From Candidatus Latescibacterota bacterium (GTDB lineage Bacteria > Latescibacterota > UBA2968 > GCA-2709665), in the NCBI GenBank assembly GCA_965208835.1, contig OZ242358.1, positions 992,001-1,056,000 of the forward strand: a DNA stretch of 64,000 nucleotides, in the 5' to 3' direction. The number at the start of each line of letters is the position of its first letter. The stretch's first letter is position 1. Under the pieces are notes generated by a model. That model worked only from the letters and a program-made list of their open reading frames with translations, did not search any database and was not told the DNA's origin. Both the position numbers and the translations under genes were made by a program. Below are positions 58,065-64,000 of this stretch, piece after piece.

Positions 58065-58559
58065 ATGGAACCGATCGTCACGCCGATGACGCCGGCCGAC
58101 TGGGAAACCGTGCGTCGGATTCTCCAGGACGGCATCGCCACAGGACACGCTTCCTTCGACACGGAAGTCCCCGATTGGGACGCCTGGGACAGAAGCCATC
58201 TTGAGGCATGCCGGCTTGTCGCCCGGGTAGAGGGACAGATTGCAGGTTGGGCCGCCCTGAGTCCGGTCTCCACCCGGTGCGCCCAATCGGGAGTCGCAGA
58301 AGTCAGCGTATACGTCGGATCCGGGTTCAGGGGACGAGGGGTCGGCACGGCCCTGATGACGGAACTCGTCGACGCGTCTGAACGCGAGGGAATCTGGACC
58401 CTACAGGGCGGGGTGTTTCCGGAGAACGCCGCCAGTATTGCACTCCAGAAGGCGTTCGGGTTCCGGGAGGTCGGCAGGCAAGTGCGACTGGGGAAGCTGA
58501 ACGGTGTCTGGCGGGACGTCGTACTGATGGAACGGCGCAGCAGAATTGTGGGGAAATAG
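58065..58559 (+). CDS. GNAT acetyltransferase (phosphinothricin/methionine sulfoximine type)
   Basis: GIATGHASF, GWAALSPVS, AEVSVYV, RGRGVG, ENAASI and WRDV. Confidence 0.9.
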   Translation: MEPIVTPMTPADWETVRRILQDGIATGHASFDTEVPDWDAWDRSHLEACRLVARVEGQIAGWAALSPVSTRCAQSGVAEVSVYVGSGFRGRGVGTALMTELVDASEREGIWTLQGGVFPENAASIALQKAFGFREVGRQVRLGKLNGVWRDVVLMERRSRIVGK

Positions 58560-58650
58560 TGGCAATTAGGGTACCTGGGAGACGGAGCAGCGTCGCCCGG
58601 ATGCCAAACACAACCCGGAGCACGCGGGGAGCACATATTGGGACGCGGGA

Positions 58651-59412
58651 TCATCCTGACTCCGCGTCCGATTTGTGTACGGCGACGAATTTGTCGATCT
58701 GGCGGAAGATTCTGTGCATGGTGGCAACGTCCCGACGATCCATGGAGATGCGGCCGAAGAGACGCCGGATGGAACGGGGGAAGGCCTTGGGCATGTAGTC
58801 GGCGGGAAAGCCCAGCTTGTCCAGCGCGGAATCGAGATGGGCGTAGAGCGACTCCATCTCTTCAAAGGTAGGCAGGTCCAGTTCCGGTTGCTCGCCTGGA
58901 TCCGCCGCCGCGCGGTAGAGTTCATAGCCGAAGATGAGGACGGCCTGCGAGAGGTTCAGCGAGGGGTATCGGTGTGCGGTGGGGATATTGGCGATCAGGC
59001 TGCACAGGCCCAGTTCGTTATTGGTCAGGCCGTTCTCCTCCCGACCGAAAACGAGGGCGGCTTCCTTGTCCCGGGGCAGGGAGACCAGCTTCTCCGCCAC
59101 GTGCCGCGGTCCGTACATGACGTCGAAGTGCTCCCGTTTCCGGTGGGTCGTCCCCACCGAGAGTACCGTGCCGGACAGGGCTTCTTCAAGCGATTTGCAA
59201 ACGGTTGCGCCGTAGAGTACCTCGCCGGAGCCGTGAGCCATCTTTCGGGCATCTCCGCACGTATGGTCGGGTGGGTCCACAAGGTAGAGCCTCGAAAGTC
59301 CCATGTTCTTCATGGCGCGCGCCACCGACCCGATGTTGCCGGGCTCCTTGGTGCCCGCCAGGACAACGCGGATGCGGTTCAGCGCTTCCGGTGCGGTGGT
59401 ATGTTGCCGCAT
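58651..59412 (-). CDS. trmJ: SPOUT tRNA methyltransferase, TrmJ family
   Basis: PGNIGSVARAMKNMG, VFGREENGL and SLNLSQAV. Confidence 0.88.
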   Translation of the reverse strand: MRQHTTAPEALNRIRVVLAGTKEPGNIGSVARAMKNMGLSRLYLVDPPDHTCGDARKMAHGSGEVLYGATVCKSLEEALSGTVLSVGTTHRKREHFDVMYGPRHVAEKLVSLPRDKEAALVFGREENGLTNNELGLCSLIANIPTAHRYPSLNLSQAVLIFGYELYRAAADPGEQPELDLPTFEEMESLYAHLDSALDKLGFPADYMPKAFPRSIRRLFGRISMDRRDVATMHRIFRQIDKFVAVHKSDAESG

Positions 59413-59511
59413 CTGTTGCTCCTTGTCTGGTCTCGGTCGGGCACTGTCCCTGGAAGCCCGATCCGAAAGCCGTCTCCGGATACCCGGCGCGCCGCCCGCC
59501 CCGCCGACCCG

Positions 59512-60726
59512 CTATTGACTCAACAGTCGTTTCCACCCATGGGGAACCGTATTGGTTTCGAGCAGCGTCTGCACCGCCTGCCGCTGCGCGGTCTCCAGGC
59601 TGTCTTCCCGGGCTTTCCAGTAGGCGGCGCCGCGCCGGGTGGCATCCGGACGCATCGAAAAGGGGTCCCGATTGACCAGGGAGTCGTGGAGTACGGGGTT
59701 CAGGGAATAGCTGCCGATGCGCGTGGTCTGTTCGGCCAGGGCGCCGGAGTCGGTCGTAATGCGCACGGTTTGAAGAACGGGCAGCCAGTAGCGGTCGTAG
59801 TACAGCGCGTTTTGCTGATAGGTGCGCAGTTCCTTGACGCCGAGCGGTTTTCGGCCCCTTTTGTTCAGGCGCAGGTCGTAGCCCACCAGGGAGAAGTCGT
59901 TTGCGGAAATCCAGATGGCCCCTTCCAGACCGGGGCGTCTTTTTTTGCGGGGTTCGACTTGAATCTTGTGTACCGCCACGTCGCCCATCTGTACGGTACT
60001 GACCAGACGATAGCGATAATCCCTCCTGGCGTCGGACTCCAGCGGCAGAGGACCCAAGTTGAAATCGTGTCCGTTGAGGCGGCCGCTCCGGATATTGACG
60101 ATGACGCCGGGGTGCATGCCGAATTGCTGCGCCGGTGCGTGGCGCGACCGGTACGCCGTGATGTCCTGGGCGATCTGGCCGGGATTCCGATAATATCCAC
60201 GACCGTCGAATTCGATCTGCGCCAGGACGTGAGCGCCTGGCCGGTCATCGGCGTACAGGGTCTGCGTCCCGCCTAATACGAACTGATATGACCTGAGATC
60301 CCTGTAACGCGTGTGGAAGACGTTTTCTCGTGGTTCCCGACCGATTCCTTCGAGAACGTCTTCCAGGGAAGGGCGCGGCATGCCCGCGACGGATTTGAAG
60401 GTTAATGGAGACGGGGAGAGCAGGATGTCCGGACGTCGATCCGCGACGTCGGGCACGATGATCTCGCGCGATACGGTCCGGTAACCCACATACGAGACCC
60501 GGATGCGAATGGGGCCGGCAGGAAGGTCGGAAACCGCGAAGCGTCCATAGAGGTCGGTAAGGTCCCCGCGCCTGAGTTCCGGCAGGATAACTGTGGCGTA
60601 CGGCAATGGCGCGCGCGATGCACTGTCCCGTACCGTGCCGCTAAGGGTCGCCGGGTTCGAGGGCGCGGGAACGAGGTGCAGCGCGAAGATGCCGGCGATT
60701 ATCTTAAAAAAAGGCCGCACGGACAT
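59512..60726 (-). CDS. Secreted protein with carboxypeptidase regulatory-like domain (DUF5686-like C-terminal part)
   Basis: Signal peptide, LSGTVRD...PLPYATV...TD..GRF...SYVGY, then Y.Y.L...G.IWI...YWLP...YW. Confidence 0.72.
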   Translation of the reverse strand: MSVRPFFKIIAGIFALHLVPAPSNPATLSGTVRDSASRAPLPYATVILPELRRGDLTDLYGRFAVSDLPAGPIRIRVSYVGYRTVSREIIVPDVADRRPDILLSPSPLTFKSVAGMPRPSLEDVLEGIGREPRENVFHTRYRDLRSYQFVLGGTQTLYADDRPGAHVLAQIEFDGRGYYRNPGQIAQDITAYRSRHAPAQQFGMHPGVIVNIRSGRLNGHDFNLGPLPLESDARRDYRYRLVSTVQMGDVAVHKIQVEPRKKRRPGLEGAIWISANDFSLVGYDLRLNKRGRKPLGVKELRTYQQNALYYDRYWLPVLQTVRITTDSGALAEQTTRIGSYSLNPVLHDSLVNRDPFSMRPDATRRGAAYWKAREDSLETAQRQAVQTLLETNTVPHGWKRLLSQ

Positions 60727-61867
60727 CTGCCATCGCCTGGATGAGACGGTTGATATGAACCTCGCTGTGGTTGGCCATGAGCGTGAGCCGGAGGCGGCTC
60801 TCGCCATCGGGAACGGTTGGCGGCCGGATGCCGCTGAGGTAGATGCCCTCCTCAAAGAGATGGTTCGAAATCGCCATGGTACGCGCCGCGTCGCCGATAA
60901 GGACCGGAACAATCTGGGATTGCGAGTCCATGATATCGAAGCCCAGGTCATTCAGGGCGTTTTGGACCGTATGGACGTTACGCCAGAGGTCTTCCCGAAG
61001 GTCAGGACGTGTTTCGATTAGCTCCAGGGCAGCCGTGGCTGCCGCGCAGGCGTCGGGCGGCAGGGCCGAGGTGTAGATGAAGGCCTGCGCCCGATTGATC
61101 AGCAGGTCGACGAGTTCCGCGTTTCCGGCGACGAATCCGCCGTACGCGCCGAGGGCCTTGCTGCCGGAGGTCGTCAGAATGTCGATGCCTTGCGTGATGC
61201 CGAAGTGTTCGTGTGTGCCCCGGCCGGAAGCACCCAGGACCCCGGTCCCGTGGGCGTCGTCAACCATCAGGATGGCGTTGTGCCGGTCCGCTGCATCCGC
61301 GAGGTCGGGGAGGGGCGCAAGGTCTCCGTCCATGCTGAACAGCCCGTCGGTGACGATCAGCCGTCGCCGGTACTCGCGTTCGGTCAGGAGCAGATGATCC
61401 AGATGGTCCACGTCCCGGTGGCGATAGACGAAGGTCTTCGCCCGGGACAGCCGACACGCGTCGATGATGCTGCGATGGTTCAGGCGGTCGCTGAAAATCG
61501 CATCGGCCTCGCCGACAAGCGCGCTCACAGCGCCCAGGTTCGCCATATAGCCCGTGGGAAAGCAGAGTCCGGATTCGGTTCCCAGGAAACGGGCGATCCT
61601 GTGTTCCAGTGTCCGATGCGGTTCCATGTTTCCTGAAATCAGCCGGGATGCCGCCGCGCTCGACCCATACGCACGGAGTGCGGCGAACGCGCTCTCTCTG
61701 AGGACAGGGTGGTTTGCTAGCCCGAGGTAGTTGTTGGAACAGAAGAGGAGACGCTCTCTGCCGTCTATGCAAACTCTGGGATCCTGCGCACCTCCCACGA
61801 GATGGAGGCTGCGATAGAGCCCGCGGGACTTGAGATTGTCCAGCTCCGTGGAAAGATGAGGAAGCAT
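60704..61867 (-). CDS. bioF: 8-amino-7-oxononanoate synthase
   Basis: FCSNNYLGL, SRLISG, TGYMAN, NHRSI, FSMDGD, DDAHG, SKA(L)G and IRPPTVP. Confidence 0.93.
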   Translation of the reverse strand: MLPHLSTELDNLKSRGLYRSLHLVGGAQDPRVCIDGRERLLFCSNNYLGLANHPVLRESAFAALRAYGSSAAASRLISGNMEPHRTLEHRIARFLGTESGLCFPTGYMANLGAVSALVGEADAIFSDRLNHRSIIDACRLSRAKTFVYRHRDVDHLDHLLLTEREYRRRLIVTDGLFSMDGDLAPLPDLADAADRHNAILMVDDAHGTGVLGASGRGTHEHFGITQGIDILTTSGSKALGAYGGFVAGNAELVDLLINRAQAFIYTSALPPDACAAATAALELIETRPDLREDLWRNVHTVQNALNDLGFDIMDSQSQIVPVLIGDAARTMAISNHLFEEGIYLSGIRPPTVPDGESRLRLTLMANHSEVHINRLIQAMADVRAAFF

Positions 61868-61970
61868 TGGAAGGAGACCGTTTCAAAGGGGTTGAAGACA
61901 AGCGAAAGGTGGACGGAAATTATGGAAATCACGCTGGCTTGTCAAGCGAGGGGGAGGCCATGGTACCGGT

Positions 61971-62000
61971 TTGACAAAAGGGTCCGTTCGTTTATATTCT
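61971..62000 (+). promoter_or_regulatory. Putative sigma70 promoter of lnt-tatC
   Basis: TTGACA followed after 16 or 18 nt by TATATT or TATTCT. Confidence 0.55.
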
Positions 62001-62142
62001 AACGTATTTTTGAGGTTGGGTTCAACCATACCGGTTGGCGGGACTCACTGCTTGCGGCCAACCGGTTTTTCTTTGATCCAGCCTGAATCCTTTAATTGCC
62101 GCCGGCGACGTTCCGGCGGGCGGGTTCGGAGGACGCGGCACG

Positions 62143-64000
62143 ATGACCGAGGCGCGACAGGGCACGGACTGGAGATGGATGGTGTTGTTTCCGGCGGTCT
62201 CGGGCCTTGTCCTTGGCGCGGCATTTCCACCCCTGCCGTTTGGTTTTCTGTCTTACGTCGCGCTGATTCCGCTTCTGCTTTCGGCGGAACGGCTGCGCGG
62301 CAGGGCGGCTTTTAGCGCCGGGTTCGTCCAGGGGATATTTTTCTACGGTACGACACTCTATTGGATCGGATCGATCACGCCGCCCGGCATGGCCGGGGCG
62401 GCGATTTACATGTCCCTGTTCCGCGGTCTGTTCCTGTGGACGTTCGCCCGCGCAGTCAGGCGGTACGGTATTGCGGGGATGTGGAGCGCGCCCTTCCTGT
62501 GGGTCGCGTTCGAGTATTTCAACTCACTGGGAGACATGGGTTTTCCCTGGGTGGTTCTGGGAAACTCGCAGACGGCCTATCTGTGGCTGATCCAGTACGC
62601 GGAAGTGACGGGCGTGTACGGGGTGTCGTTCTGGATTGTGCTTGTCAATCTGAGCATAATGATGCTCTGGAGGAACCGGTCGCGCCGACGGGTGTGGGCA
62701 GCCGCGTTGGCCGTGCTTTTCGCGGGACCGGCGGCGAACGGGTATCTGGCGCTGAAGGACGATCCGGACGAACAGGCCGTGGCGGTGGGCCTGGTCCAGC
62801 CGGATATGCCGCCGGTGGCCAAGGAATACCGGGGATTCGACTACAATTTCGGCAAACTGAAGCCGATGACCGCGGAGGCGGCAGGGCAGGGTGCGAAGCT
62901 TGTAGTGTGGCCGGAAACGGCGGTCGGCTATCTGAAAGGGGAACTGTACCGGCACCATCGCGAGCGGGTGCAGGCGATGGTGGACTCGCTCGGGATTTAC
63001 TTGTACACGGGCGCATACAGACTGGAAGCTGGCGACCCGGTGAAGGTGTTCAACTCGTCTTTTCTGTTCGTGCCCGAAAAAGGGATCTCCGGATACTACG
63101 ACAAGACCCGCCTGGTGCCGTTCGGCGAACGGGCGCCGTTCCCGGAGATACTTCCTTTCTTGCGAAAGATCCGGTTCACCGGCGGCGGATTCGTGGGGGG
63201 CAACTGGGATTCCGGTGAGACCCGTACCGTCTTCGACGGCCCCGACGTCCGATTCTCCGCGTTGATCTGTTACGATTCGGTCTTTCCGGGATTCGCAAGG
63301 TCATTTGTGGACCTGGGCGCTGAATTCCTGGTGATCATCACCAACGATGGCTGGTTCGGCCGGACCTCCGGACCCTATCAGCATGCCGAGGCCGCGGTGT
63401 TTCGCGCCATCGAGAACCGGCGTGACGTGGTACGCTGCGCGAACACGGGCGTTTCCACGTTCATCGACGCCTATGGACGGAAATCGGGCACGACGGGAAT
63501 CTTCCATCCGGCGGTATTGACGCAGGGGGTGACTCCGCGAACCGCGAAGACGTTCTATACGAAGCACGGAGACCTGTTCGCGCAACTCTGCATGGTACTG
63601 GGCGCGATTCTGGTTTTGATGGCCTTCCGAGGCTACGCTGTGGATGCAGAGCATTCCATTCTGCCCCCCGGCACAGACACGCCTTCCGAGAGCGCGCCTG
63701 TACCGGCTCCGGCGGCCGACGACAGACCGATGCCTTTTCTGGACCATCTGGAGGAACTCCGCTGGCGTCTGCTGAAGGGGCTGGCGGCCCTGGTTGTCGG
63801 CGCCGTGATCTGCGGGATTTTTGGCGACACGATTCTGGGATGGCTGGTGTTGCCGGTCAGGGAAGCGACCCCGGTCATGAAGCTGTTGGGCGTGGCGCCG
63901 GTTGAGCCGCCGGTCAAGCTGATATATTTGAAACCGATGGGGATGTTTCTCGTTAAACTTCAGATTGCCCTTGTCGGCGGCGCGGTGCTGGCGCTGCCGG
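62143..64000 (+). CDS. lnt: Apolipoprotein N-acyltransferase fused in frame to TatC (runs off the window end)
   Basis: GGAGG RBS and ATG 62143. Manual frame-1 translation gives GFPW, GVYGVSF, VVWPETA, YDKTRLVPFGE, LICYD, TNDGWFG and RCANTGVS with no stop through 64000. Absent from the ORF track because no stop lies in the window. Confidence 0.9.
   Translation, partial: MTEARQGTDWRWMVLFPAVSGLVLGAAFPPLPFGFLSYVALIPLLLSAERLRGRAAFSAGFVQGIFFYGTTLYWIGSITPPGMAGAAIYMSLFRGLFLWTFARAVRRYGIAGMWSAPFLWVAFEYFNSLGDMGFPWVVLGNSQTAYLWLIQYAEVTGVYGVSFWIVLVNLSIMMLWRNRSRRRVWAAALAVLFAGPAANGYLALKDDPDEQAVAVGLVQPDMPPVAKEYRGFDYNFGKLKPMTAEAAGQGAKLVVWPETAVGYLKGELYRHHRERVQAMVDSLGIYLYTGAYRLEAGDPVKVFNSSFLFVPEKGISGYYDKTRLVPFGERAPFPEILPFLRKIRFTGGGFVGGNWDSGETRTVFDGPDVRFSALICYDSVFPGFARSFVDLGAEFLVIITNDGWFGRTSGPYQHAEAAVFRAIENRRDVVRCANTGVSTFIDAYGRKSGTTGIFHPAVLTQGVTPRTAKTFYTKHGDLFAQLCMVLGAILVLMAFRGYAVDAEHSILPPGTDTPSESAPVPAPAADDRPMPFLDHLEELRWRLLKGLAALVVGAVICGIFGDTILGWLVLPVREATPVMKLLGVAPVEPPVKLIYLKPMGMFLVKLQIALVGGAVLALP
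63730..64000 (+). CDS. tatC: TatC domain (N-terminal part) of the Lnt-TatC frame
   Basis: MPFLDHLEELRWRLL, then TM1, then P.G.F.VKL.IAL..G..LALP, the TatC N-terminal signature. Confidence 0.88.
   Translation, partial: MPFLDHLEELRWRLLKGLAALVVGAVICGIFGDTILGWLVLPVREATPVMKLLGVAPVEPPVKLIYLKPMGMFLVKLQIALVGGAVLALP

Noticed and set aside
58675-60276. 533 aa plus-strand ORF
   Set aside because: Antisense shadow of trmJ and the carboxypeptidase-regulatory gene. It has no recognisable motifs, and such ORFs are common at high GC.
1-64000. CRISPR arrays, tRNA/rRNA genes, prophage and autonomous IS elements
   Set aside because: No regularly spaced repeats, cloverleafs, rRNA-like tracts, or transposase, integrase or phage motifs were seen by eye.

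Overview
GC-rich bacterial chromosomal window with no rRNA, tRNA, CRISPR array, transposase or integrase seen. The dockerin-like EF-hand secreted protein, many Gfo/Idh/MocA genes and GH106 loosely suggest a Latescibacterota/Gemmatimonadota-like organism (inference only). Housekeeping genes include the 3' end of rodA, dnaE, aroA, a fused glyQS, rsmD, trmJ and bioF. The window also holds a peptidoglycan-recycling trio, an Fe3+/polyamine-type ABC importer, sugar or amino-sugar catabolic clusters, and a co-oriented run of small accessory genes with two DUF433/DUF5615 toxin-antitoxin pairs. Two features are missed by the ORF track. (1) A small DUF5069-like gene (14668-14946) has an in-frame TGA at the expected Cys position (YVYP-U-PADQ) followed directly by a SECIS-like hairpin, making it a candidate new selenoprotein. 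(2) One open frame from 62143 to the window end joins a full apolipoprotein N-acyltransferase (Lnt) to TatC. Three distinct MITE families (9 copies or remnants) occupy intergenic spaces, often flush against stop codons or ribosome-binding sites. Family names come from recalled motifs, not database searches.
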